64,000 nucleotides of DNA from a virus. Positions 29,773 to 38,009 of this stretch are shown here, one piece after another. The notes beneath the pieces were generated by a model that saw only the letters and a list, made by a program, of their open reading frames with translations, had not been told where the DNA came from and ran no database searches. The position numbers and the translations under genes are program-made. The DNA lies in UHGV virus genome UHGV-0180032; one strand, written 5' to 3'. Position 1 is the first letter of the stretch. Each line of letters begins with the position of its first letter.

Positions 29773-30112
29773 TGAACCACTGGATAACAGCGACATCTTA
29801 CAAATCTGTTATCAGTGTCACGAAGTCGGTGGTAGTGAACTTACGCGGGTTAATAAACTACTGTGGCTGATTCCAGAAATCGAATTACCGTTCGTTAAAC
29901 CGAGTTTGTGGCGTCGTGGTGCGTGTCGTGAAGCGTATATGCTGTCAAGATTTAACATTAATCTGGAGAAGGTCTGGGAGAAAATGAATGATGCCCAAAC
30001 CCGAGAACAGATTACGCACACGCTGGAATTGCATCTTGCCATGAAACGCCTCGGTCTTGAGCATGAAGGGCTAGAGTCCGTTATCAGTCAATGGGTGAAA
30101 AGGAATCGTTAA
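29738..30112 (+). CDS. hypothetical protein (124 aa) with CxxC
   Basis: AAGGAGA RBS; CYQCHE motif; overlaps the previous ORF by 35 nt. Confidence 0.45.
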   Translation: MLPGTQTPYLFSEPLDNSDILQICYQCHEVGGSELTRVNKLLWLIPEIELPFVKPSLWRRGACREAYMLSRFNINLEKVWEKMNDAQTREQITHTLELHLAMKRLGLEHEGLESVISQWVKRNR

Positions 30113-30212
30113 TGTCTAAAACGTATATAGCGATTTTGGTTGAGTTAGCAATTGGCGGTACGCGGTTTATTCCTGTGCATCAACTGCGCATAGCCCAGTC
30201 GGTAAGACCGTT

Positions 30213-30710
30213 ATGCTAACGATACTTCCAGAATCGGATATTAACAACGACCTGTTTAACGCGCCTGAACGCTTCAAGGTCGTTACGATAAATTGCGTAG
30301 GGGCAATGGGTCGGGGTATCGCTTTAGCGTGCAGAGAACGCTATCCTGGGCTTTATCAGGACTACCGAGAGCGTTGCTTCGCTAACGAAATACGAATAGG
30401 GAATGTGTACGTTTACCCCGAGGAAAACTGCATTCTCTTACCAACAAAAACACATTGGAAACTGAAATCCCAGGTTTCTTATGTTATCGCGGGTATCACC
30501 GCGTTGGCAGATGCCGCAGAAAACTTAGAGGGTGGGGTGGCTTTACCGCCGTTGGGGATGGCTAACGGTTGGTTGACAAAAGCTGAACGTCAACAAATCT
30601 TTTTGTTTATCGAAAAGAAACTCGTACCGAGGAGACAACATTACCGTTTCTATTTACCTGATACGCTTTACCAAGAAGCAAAACCTTTAATTCCAAACCT
30701 TTTTAAATAG
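30213..30710 (+). CDS. macro-domain (ADP-ribose-processing, TARG1/DarG-like) protein candidate
   Basis: N-terminal VVTINCVGAMGRGIALACRERYPG resembles the macro-domain MG-x-GIA ligand-binding strand; later LPPLGMANG; assignment by motif memory only. Confidence 0.4.
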   Translation: MLTILPESDINNDLFNAPERFKVVTINCVGAMGRGIALACRERYPGLYQDYRERCFANEIRIGNVYVYPEENCILLPTKTHWKLKSQVSYVIAGITALADAAENLEGGVALPPLGMANGWLTKAERQQIFLFIEKKLVPRRQHYRFYLPDTLYQEAKPLIPNLFK

Positions 30711-30728
30711 ATATTATCATTAGGGCAC
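30705..30728 (+). promoter_or_regulatory. promoter-like motif, degenerate copy
   Basis: AAATAGATATTATCATTAGGGCAC; overlaps the stop of the macro-domain gene. Confidence 0.25.
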
Positions 30729-30810
30729 ACAACAAAGGAGTACCAGCTGTCCGCGCCGTGATTTCGTTCTACGGAACACGGAAATGTATAAATCCAACTG
30801 GAGAACTAGT

Positions 30811-31497
30811 ATGTTTCGTATTTTCTTTCTTTTACTGGTAACACTTTTCGCGTTTAACGCATACGCATCCAAATCCGCGCCCAGTGCCAAACACCATCGT
30901 GAATTCGAAATGATTCAAGACCGTTTCGAACGTGTAAAACCGTTGATTGTGGAAATCTCCCGAAAGCAGGGCGTCGATCCTAAATTGATGACCACGCTAA
31001 TCTATCGAGAGTCACGGTTTAATCCGAAGGCGTATAATCGAACGTCTAAAGCGCACAGTCTGGTTCAGATGCTACCGAGCACAAAGCGTAATTTGCTAAA
31101 ACTCTACGGCAACGAAATCGGGCTTAGTCGTAACGCGGATTTGTACAATCCTCGCAATGCGGTGCTATTGGCTTCCGTCTACGTTAAACATTTAGAAAAG
31201 GGGTTGACTAAACGACTCAAACGCAAGCCCACTATTGCAGAAATTGCATTGGCTTATCACTGGGGTGAAAGCGGTGCACACGCCAGGATTAAAAGCAAGT
31301 CTCGGGCAGCACAACGAGAAATGGCGAGCTTTATGAAAGATGCAACGTTCTACAGTGCGAAAATCGACAAGCCTGTAGCGTCTCGTCAGCTTGCGTTTGC
31401 GAAGAAACCAGAACGCCAGATTCAGTTAGCGGAAGTTAACCGAATTTGGGATACGATAAACACCAGTTTTCCATTTAAACAAGGAGTCACCCTTTGA
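30811..31497 (+). CDS. secreted lytic transglycosylase (SLT-domain)
   Basis: Signal peptide MFRIFFLLLVTLFAFNAYA; catalytic-region motif RESRFNPKA...SKAHSLVQMLPST matches the SLT E-S ... GLMQ pattern; GGAGAA RBS before ATG 30811 (ORF-track start 30784 possible). Confidence 0.6.
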   Translation: MFRIFFLLLVTLFAFNAYASKSAPSAKHHREFEMIQDRFERVKPLIVEISRKQGVDPKLMTTLIYRESRFNPKAYNRTSKAHSLVQMLPSTKRNLLKLYGNEIGLSRNADLYNPRNAVLLASVYVKHLEKGLTKRLKRKPTIAEIALAYHWGESGAHARIKSKSRAAQREMASFMKDATFYSAKIDKPVASRQLAFAKKPERQIQLAEVNRIWDTINTSFPFKQGVTL

Positions 31498-32003
31498 GCA
31501 TCGTTGTAACCGATTGGTATAAAGGTATCACTAAGGCTACCCAACTTACTGCCCAGGACGTATACAGCATCGTTCGTAGCAGTAGCGAAGACCAGATAAA
31601 GTCCGACGAAGACTTTGCAACGCGTCATGAGTTTTACGATGCCCTTAAAACGGCTTTCGGTGATGACGAAGAAGAAGGTTTAGAGTTTGACTGGAATGTC
31701 AACCTTGCCTTGTTGTGGATTTGCGGATTACGTCCGAGTGTGAAAGACACGGAGCAAGGGAAAGTTCTGTTGTGGCACTACACCGGTAAATACAATCCGA
31801 ACCAGGTCTTTAAAGAAGCGTATATGGAAGCCACTGTAGAGTTACAGAATCTGCTGTTGGGTGAGAACACCTACTGCCAGCGTAGCTTCCTGACGATTCT
31901 GGAGAAACTGGCGACTACGCACAAAATCTGGCGACAGGCAGATGCCCCTGAACACATCTTCGTTCTGGAATTTGCTGTGATTCCAAACCAACCGTTCTTC
32001 TAA
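31494..32003 (+). CDS. hypothetical protein (169 aa)
   Basis: TTG start with AAGGAGT RBS, TTGA overlap with the upstream stop; terminator follows. Confidence 0.45.
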   Translation: MSIVVTDWYKGITKATQLTAQDVYSIVRSSSEDQIKSDEDFATRHEFYDALKTAFGDDEEEGLEFDWNVNLALLWICGLRPSVKDTEQGKVLLWHYTGKYNPNQVFKEAYMEATVELQNLLLGENTYCQRSFLTILEKLATTHKIWRQADAPEHIFVLEFAVIPNQPFF

Positions 32004-32009
32004 TACTTG

Positions 32010-32047
32010 CCCCTAATCCGATTGGATTAGGGGTACTTTTATTTATT
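32010..32047 (+). terminator. intrinsic terminator
   Basis: CCCCTAATCC/GGATTAGGGG stem with GATT loop followed by a T-rich tract. Confidence 0.7.
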
Positions 32048-32066
32048 CCCCTAAAGGAGCAAAGCT

Positions 32067-32546
32067 ATGTTGAAGTTTATCTGGCGTTACCCAACCCGCT
32101 TTTGGTTCGTGGTATTAGAGGTAATCACCGTTCTACTGTTAGTGACGTTCGTAAACGTCCCTACGAAACAAATGGTGATTTTCTGTGTATTCGTGTCTAT
32201 ACCGCTGTGGGTGTTTGCAAAGATTATTAAGTTTTGCATGATAAGCTGGGCGAACTATACCTGCCCATTTAAACCCAGAGAAATCATGAACTGGCTGATG
32301 TATATCGAAGACCGTTTACCCGCTCAGTCTAAAACACTGGGCTGGGAATCGATGTTGGATATTGCGCTAGAAACGAATGCAAAATTTCCTGGGTCAAAGA
32401 ATCCTTATTTGCTGCTGGCTGTTATTGTTGCTCAGCAGAAACGTGCGGGCGAACGCTGGTTACCGAAAGAAGCGAAAGACTATATTCGTAAACACCCGAA
32501 GGCTTTCTATTCTGTAGGCCAATGGCGTAACCTCCCACTTTTCTAA
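32067..32546 (+). CDS. membrane protein (two predicted TM helices)
   Basis: AAAGGAG RBS; hydrophobic segments FWFVVLEVITVLLLVTFV and VIFCVFVSIPLWVFAKII. Confidence 0.5.
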   Translation: MLKFIWRYPTRFWFVVLEVITVLLLVTFVNVPTKQMVIFCVFVSIPLWVFAKIIKFCMISWANYTCPFKPREIMNWLMYIEDRLPAQSKTLGWESMLDIALETNAKFPGSKNPYLLLAVIVAQQKRAGERWLPKEAKDYIRKHPKAFYSVGQWRNLPLF

Positions 32547-32598
32547 CTTTTTACAAAACCCTTAGTTGATTTGAACAAACCTAAAGAGGACTATTAAA

Positions 32599-33543
32599 AT
32601 GACTTTTCCATCTGAAGTAATCTACACACTGGCTAATATTTTTCGCCGTGGTCATAATTTCCCACAGTTCCGGAAATCGGCAGATGTTACAGCCGACTTT
32701 CTGTTTAATTATCTAATTGGTACCGATCCTGCAAGCGTTACGCAGGAAACAATTATGGATATTGAACGTGTCTCGGAAATTATCCCGATCGACTACGCCT
32801 CAGGGTATCAAGACGGAGTTAAGTTCAACTTCTCAATGGGTATGCGTCGGACTTCCATTGACATTAAGCCACGCACGAGTAACGAAACCCTTCCAGCAGC
32901 AAACTACAATCACGAAGCTCACGGTAACTGGTTAGTTGTTGTAGAGCAGGGTAAGAATCAGTATGAAGTCGTCGCGGCTAAAGAAGAAAACTATTTCGAC
33001 CTGGGTCAGATTTCTCGCACTGAAGAAATCTTTTTTAATGCACGTCAGGGCAATATCGGTGTAACTGGAAGTACGGTTTGTTTCATTCTAAGCAGCTGGC
33101 CGCATATTGGTTACGTCTTAACCAACGCCTCTAAAACATTCCACACTTTAAAAATAGAGCACAGTCATAAAGTGCTGGGTGATTTGTTTGCTGCCGACGT
33201 TGAACTACCAGTCTCTGGTACAGAAGTCGCTGTCTGTGAAAACTACGATGATCTGAAATCTGTGCTCGTTAAACGTGATGTTTTCGAATCGTTAAACCTG
33301 GATTTCCCTGGTGACGAAAAAGAAATATCCGTAGCTGACCTGGTAGAAGCATTGTGTCAGAAAGACCAAGCTAATGAGATCAGTGACGAAGAAGCGGAAC
33401 TCTTCCAAGTTCAACAACTCGTCAGCAAGGTTATCGGGGGGCAGGAAATCGTTGACACCCTTATGGCTTTACCAGCGAAGAAACGTACTCAAAAGTACAT
33501 TCGTGAACTGGTTCTTAAAAACCTGGGTCAAGCCAAAAAGTAA
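32599..33543 (+). CDS. hypothetical protein; paralog of 33604-34152
   Basis: N-terminus ...LANIFRRGHNFPQF...ADFLFNYL resembles ...LAYGIRRGSVFRTR...ANFLFDRL of the next gene; terminator follows. Confidence 0.55.
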   Translation: MTFPSEVIYTLANIFRRGHNFPQFRKSADVTADFLFNYLIGTDPASVTQETIMDIERVSEIIPIDYASGYQDGVKFNFSMGMRRTSIDIKPRTSNETLPAANYNHEAHGNWLVVVEQGKNQYEVVAAKEENYFDLGQISRTEEIFFNARQGNIGVTGSTVCFILSSWPHIGYVLTNASKTFHTLKIEHSHKVLGDLFAADVELPVSGTEVAVCENYDDLKSVLVKRDVFESLNLDFPGDEKEISVADLVEALCQKDQANEISDEEAELFQVQQLVSKVIGGQEIVDTLMALPAKKRTQKYIRELVLKNLGQAKK

Positions 33544-33551
33544 TTTAAGTC

Positions 33552-33585
33552 CCCTACTCCTCCGGGAGTAGGGTTATTCTTTTTT
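33552..33585 (+). terminator. intrinsic terminator (CCCTACTCC family)
   Basis: CCCTACTCC/GGAGTAGGG stem followed by TTATTCTTTTTT. Confidence 0.75.
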
Positions 33586-33603
33586 CCATCTTAGGAGTAT
33601 TAA

Positions 33604-34152
33604 ATGTTTCCATCGTCTGAATATTTAACCCACCTGGCTTACGGTATTCGTCGTGGTTCTGTTTTCCGTACACGTTTAAAGGATATAAATTTCCTGGCTA
33701 ATTTCTTATTTGACCGTTTGGGAGATGGTAATAGCGTTTACAAAAAGATCACCACAACACAACTTTATTCCCTTATAGCAGCATCTGAAATTGTACCTAC
33801 AGATATTTGGCGATTCAAACGGTATTGCGAGGAAATTACGATCAGTTTTCTTGATCATTCTCCGATTACCGTTGAAATCGTCGATCGTGTGGACATTAAT
33901 AGTGAGGTATCAGGTTGGAAGATTCTGTTCGATTGTGGCAATCGTTATGCGGTACTTGGTTCTTCGGATGAGCGTGACTTCCCATTCGACAAGCCCTACT
34001 ACTACCTCAACGAAGATGAATTCCCGGATAAAGAATCCAATATCTTTTTAAACGGGAATACCGTTTACTTCATTTTTCGTACCTGGAACGATGTTGCTGC
34101 TATGATTGCTCAAGGCGTCATCGATTACCGTAAACTAGAAGTCGACATTTAA
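33604..34152 (+). CDS. hypothetical protein; paralog of 32599-33543
   Basis: AGGAG RBS; shared N-terminal motif; terminator follows. Confidence 0.55.
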   Translation: MFPSSEYLTHLAYGIRRGSVFRTRLKDINFLANFLFDRLGDGNSVYKKITTTQLYSLIAASEIVPTDIWRFKRYCEEITISFLDHSPITVEIVDRVDINSEVSGWKILFDCGNRYAVLGSSDERDFPFDKPYYYLNEDEFPDKESNIFLNGNTVYFIFRTWNDVAAMIAQGVIDYRKLEVDI

Positions 34153-34161
34153 AATAAAAGC

Positions 34162-34198
34162 TACCCTACTCCCGAAAAGGAGTAGGGTAATTTCTTTT
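34162..34198. terminator. intrinsic terminator (CCCTACTCC family), between convergent genes
   Basis: TACCCTACTCC/GGAGTAGGGTA stem followed by ATTTCTTTT; adjoins the stop of the minus-strand gene at 34197. Confidence 0.7.
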
Positions 34199-34820
34199 AG
34201 TTAACTAACCCGTTAGCTTTAAGAATCTCTAACATCTGGTTGTTTAACTCTTTTAATTTTTTGTTTTCGTTTGTCAACGAAGTAACTTGTTCCGACAACG
34301 GAATAGCCTCTCGAATTTTCCTTTTCCGTGCTGCTTCCATTTGCAAGTGTTGCTCCTCCGTCACTTTCCCTTCATACTCCATGGTCGTGATTTCGACTTT
34401 CGGGTCAATACCCAAGGTACGGGTAAGAATATCCGAAACGTCTTTAGTCATCACCGACACATCTACATAATCCGGTACAAACGATAAGTCCACCACCATC
34501 ACATTACGCTGATACGCAATTCCTGATAAACCAGGACACGATTCTACGTAAGTGTCAGGGATATAAACGACTTGGCCATCGCGTGATTTAAACGTAAGTA
34601 TTGACGCGTTAACGGTAGCATCAGCAAGATATTCTTCTCGCTCCAACCCGACGGGCTTGTAATACTCGTTGTAAACATCAATATTCTGACGTACTAAATC
34701 TGGGAAGGTACGTGATGCCTCCACCGTGAAGATAACCGTTTCGGCTAACGTAAACGGTGTTTTTACCTTAAATAAACCCGTTGTGTTAACGGGAACCAAA
34801 AGAGGTAAACGCGTAGCCAT
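34197..34820 (-). CDS. hypothetical protein (207 aa)
   Basis: Minus-strand ORF starting 4 nt after the upstream gene stop; C-terminal coiled-coil-like segment. Confidence 0.5.
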   Translation of the reverse strand: MATRLPLLVPVNTTGLFKVKTPFTLAETVIFTVEASRTFPDLVRQNIDVYNEYYKPVGLEREEYLADATVNASILTFKSRDGQVVYIPDTYVESCPGLSGIAYQRNVMVVDLSFVPDYVDVSVMTKDVSDILTRTLGIDPKVEITTMEYEGKVTEEQHLQMEAARKRKIREAIPLSEQVTSLTNENKKLKELNNQMLEILKANGLVN

Positions 34821-34823
34821 TCA

Positions 34824-36197
34824 TTACTCCTCGTCGATTTCAGTGTACCATTTCGCTTTACGAGACAGTATACGGTATTCGACGTTATCGTATTCGAACA
34901 CCCAGAAGTAGTTATCTGGATCGGCTTCATCAACGAGTTTCACGACATCCAGACTGGTCTGGTACGGATGGTATTCTTCCGCTGCAATTAACGCCTGGAA
35001 GAACAACGCTAACCACTCGGTGGTGGATTTCGACATTCGTGCAATGTCTGGGTTTGTTGTTGCGATCAGTGCGTAGTCTGGTAACGTTTCGTGTAAGGTA
35101 TTCTTACGAGTGTCGTTCTCAGGACCACTGATAACCACCATGTTCAGTGATTTGTACACGGTCGGTAAATCGGTAACATCCGTCGTCGGTTTGCTTACCG
35201 TTTTACTATTTCTTTCTGCAACAGACTGATCAGACCATTCCCCAAACTTTGTAATGGCTTTGACCCAGAAATCATATGGAAGGATGGGGGAATAGAGAGC
35301 CGCCACGTCTTCCTCATTCGGGATACCACGGATTTTCCACCCCGGAACCATTGTGAATTTCGTGGTGGTAAAGATCTCAGGGAATACCTTCACCCCAATC
35401 GGAACCGTAAAGCTGGAGTTTGCAAGAATGTGTTCACGCAACGCTTGCTTTATTTTCGTTGGGTTTTTTCCTGCACGTCCGTAAATGATAACCGACATTG
35501 GAACAACCAGTGTTGACTCGTAGTTTTCTTGGTCATGCCAGGTGTAGTAGTTAGTCTGGATGGCAGTATACGGGAACCCTGCCATTAACTCGTTGATTTT
35601 CTTATGGTGTTCGGTAAGGTTAAACCCTTCCATCGCTTTTTCAACGACTGACTTCGTGGCCAAGAACGTGTCGATTGGCTCAATCGGCATCTGTACTTCG
35701 ATTTCAAAACCCGTGTAGTCCTGGTCGAAGTCTTCATCCGAGAACCAAACTATGATTTGGTTATCTACATCAGTGTCATCTTGTACTTGATCTGCTGTTG
35801 CTTCATATTTCCAGCTCACCCAACGTGGGAACCAGTTACTGTTCGTCTGGATCATTGCACCGGACTGAACACCGGAAATGGTTGATTGGAATTGGCCTAA
35901 TAATAGGCGCTGGAATTCAAGTTCGTCATTTCTCAGATTCCCCAAGATGGCTTGCTGGTAAATCCATTGAGAAACGGTTAGAATATGATCAGAAAACTCG
36001 GCTGGAACAACAACCGTCCGTTTTTCTCGTTTAGACGTAAATGTCACCAACTGCACTTGCAGATTGGATTTAGTAAACGTCTGTTTACTCTTCGCGTACG
36101 AGAGGGTCAGATCAGACAGCTCACCTACCGGAGCGGTGACGCCGTCCTGATTGTCAAACAGAGCCGGTATCTGAATAAAACCTTGTAAGTCTAACAT
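34824..36197 (-). CDS. hypothetical protein (about 458 aa)
   Basis: Minus-strand ORF; internal ATG at 36197 preferred because the track start at 36257 would overlap the divergent plus gene. Confidence 0.45.
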   Translation of the reverse strand: MLDLQGFIQIPALFDNQDGVTAPVGELSDLTLSYAKSKQTFTKSNLQVQLVTFTSKREKRTVVVPAEFSDHILTVSQWIYQQAILGNLRNDELEFQRLLLGQFQSTISGVQSGAMIQTNSNWFPRWVSWKYEATADQVQDDTDVDNQIIVWFSDEDFDQDYTGFEIEVQMPIEPIDTFLATKSVVEKAMEGFNLTEHHKKINELMAGFPYTAIQTNYYTWHDQENYESTLVVPMSVIIYGRAGKNPTKIKQALREHILANSSFTVPIGVKVFPEIFTTTKFTMVPGWKIRGIPNEEDVAALYSPILPYDFWVKAITKFGEWSDQSVAERNSKTVSKPTTDVTDLPTVYKSLNMVVISGPENDTRKNTLHETLPDYALIATTNPDIARMSKSTTEWLALFFQALIAAEEYHPYQTSLDVVKLVDEADPDNYFWVFEYDNVEYRILSRKAKWYTEIDEE

Positions 36198-36222
36198 AAT
36201 TAAAAATACTCCGAGGTGAGCA

Positions 36223-36726
36223 ATGGGTTCATTTCTTAAAGTGCTTCCGTTCTTCATTCAGATGTTGATGGAAGCATTTAAACCAGGAGAAGGAGAAAAC
36301 GTATCAAGAGCAAACAAGATAATGACTTTAATCATCACGGTCTTGTTATCCTATTCGGCTTTCGTCTCCTATGCGTACGTAGTGCAGTTTCACAAGCTCG
36401 TTACAGTACAATCTCATGATCAATACATGTCGCAATCTTACCAAGAGATGAAGCAAGATCGTGACAAACTGAAAGATGATAATGGTAGACTATACGACAA
36501 GCTCTTTATTTGCCTCGGCCAGAAACCGCCATATGAAAGCGGGTACAGCTCGGTAAAAGAAGACAACTCTACCAAAGATTTAACACCTAAGAAACCAGAA
36601 ACTCCTGTTAGCCCAGCTTCAACACCAGAACAACGCAGAGAAGCTTCGGCGCGACCTGTTGGTAGTCAAAACGCTAACAGTTTCCGTCAGGAGATCATAA
36701 AGACGTTATCCTCACCTAAGGAGTAA
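36223..36726 (+). CDS. membrane protein with N-terminal TM helix and Pro-rich C-terminus
   Basis: GAGGTGA RBS; hydrophobic ...IMTLIITVLLSYSAFVSYAYVV; C-terminal PKKPETPVSPASTPEQ. Confidence 0.5.
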   Translation: MGSFLKVLPFFIQMLMEAFKPGEGENVSRANKIMTLIITVLLSYSAFVSYAYVVQFHKLVTVQSHDQYMSQSYQEMKQDRDKLKDDNGRLYDKLFICLGQKPPYESGYSSVKEDNSTKDLTPKKPETPVSPASTPEQRREASARPVGSQNANSFRQEIIKTLSSPKE

Positions 36727-36729
36727 CTG

Positions 36730-37185
36730 ATGAAATTGCTGTTATTCATCATGATTTTGTGCGTGGGTTTGGTGAGTAATAGCTATGGAGAACCCGGTAA
36801 ACGGCCATCCTATACTGCGTTACAACCTCCGCCAGCGCCGCCTATCATGCTAAATTGGAAGATTGATAAAGACGCGATGCGGGAATATGTTGCGGATGTG
36901 AATACATACGCTTATTACGTTTATCTCTACACACGAAACTTAAATCAACAAGCAGTCAAACGTGGGTGGAATCCACCGATGTTAGCACCTATCTGCGAAC
37001 GGTTTGAAATTCCTAAATTACATTCCGTTCCAGAAAAGATGTTATTAGACGACAAAGCGTTAACGCCACAAGAAATCAGTCTGGATTTGTCACGTAAACT
37101 GAATTCGTTGTTGTGGAATGATCGCTCTGACCGACAAGCTTTATTAGACGCCTACGATCAGTATCTGACAACGTGTTTGAACTGA
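36730..37185 (+). CDS. secreted hypothetical protein
   Basis: Signal-peptide-like MKLLLFIMILCVGLVSNSYG; starts 4 nt after the previous stop; terminator follows. Confidence 0.5.
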   Translation: MKLLLFIMILCVGLVSNSYGEPGKRPSYTALQPPPAPPIMLNWKIDKDAMREYVADVNTYAYYVYLYTRNLNQQAVKRGWNPPMLAPICERFEIPKLHSVPEKMLLDDKALTPQEISLDLSRKLNSLLWNDRSDRQALLDAYDQYLTTCLN

Positions 37186-37189
37186 CAAC

Positions 37190-37230
37190 GCCTCCTGTAT
37201 CCTTCGGGATACAGGAGGTATTTTCTTTTT
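37190..37230 (+). terminator. intrinsic terminator
   Basis: 12-bp stem CCTCCTGTATCC/GGATACAGGAGG with TTCG loop followed by TATTTTCTTTTT. Confidence 0.8.
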
Positions 37231-37272
37231 AACGTTTAACCCCCTTCTAATGTATAGAGAAAGGAGCTTAAC

Positions 37273-38007
37273 ATGACATACCCGAAAACGATTCAACCCA
37301 CCTTACCGACGCTGGTAATTGGTGCTGACGCAGAAACCAAATCACTGCGTCCTGATGCGTATCTGTTAACCACAGGCTTAGTTGCCTTTGACGTACCGAC
37401 TTTAAAAATGGTAGGGTCGTCGTATATGCGTATTGATCCTAACGACCCTAAAGCAAAAGCTGTGTTCCACGAAGATCCACAGACCGTAGGATGGTGGGAA
37501 GGTAAAGGGGAACCTGAATACGCGCCGTCTCGCGAAGCCTACACGGAAGCATGGAGCGGTACAACACCTATGCCGGAAGCGCTGTGGGCGATGCGTAAGT
37601 GGTTAGACGAAATCACCGGTAAACACAATTTCGTGATTACCATGCGTGGGCCGGATTTCGATTCTCCGATTTTCATGAACGCGTTTGCGCAATGTGACGT
37701 TCCTCCAGGTAAATTCCGTAAGTTCAGCGCGTTAGACAGTGACCGCACCGCAGAACGTTTAGCGCTGGCGTTTGGTTTTGAGCCTGATTTGACCGTTGAG
37801 CAAGTTTACTGGACGCGGGGCAAACCGGCATTTGAACACCATGCTTTGTGGGATGCCGCGAAAGAAGCTTATACCACCGCACGTATTTATCACCTTGCAC
37901 TGATTACCCGCGAGTACGGGTACGAACGTGCTAAAGCCTGTCACGAAGAACTGAAAACCGGTGAGTATATTCCACCACAGATTCGTGATCAGTTAACCAG
38001 GGATTAA
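37273..38007 (+). CDS. dexA: DEDDh-type 3'-5' exonuclease (DexA-like)
   Basis: Exo I-like VIGADAETKS, Exo II-like RGPDFDSPIF and Exo III-like EHHALWDAAKEAY motifs; AAAGGAG RBS. Confidence 0.55.
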   Translation: MTYPKTIQPTLPTLVIGADAETKSLRPDAYLLTTGLVAFDVPTLKMVGSSYMRIDPNDPKAKAVFHEDPQTVGWWEGKGEPEYAPSREAYTEAWSGTTPMPEALWAMRKWLDEITGKHNFVITMRGPDFDSPIFMNAFAQCDVPPGKFRKFSALDSDRTAERLALAFGFEPDLTVEQVYWTRGKPAFEHHALWDAAKEAYTTARIYHLALITREYGYERAKACHEELKTGEYIPPQIRDQLTRD

Positions 38008-38009
38008 GA

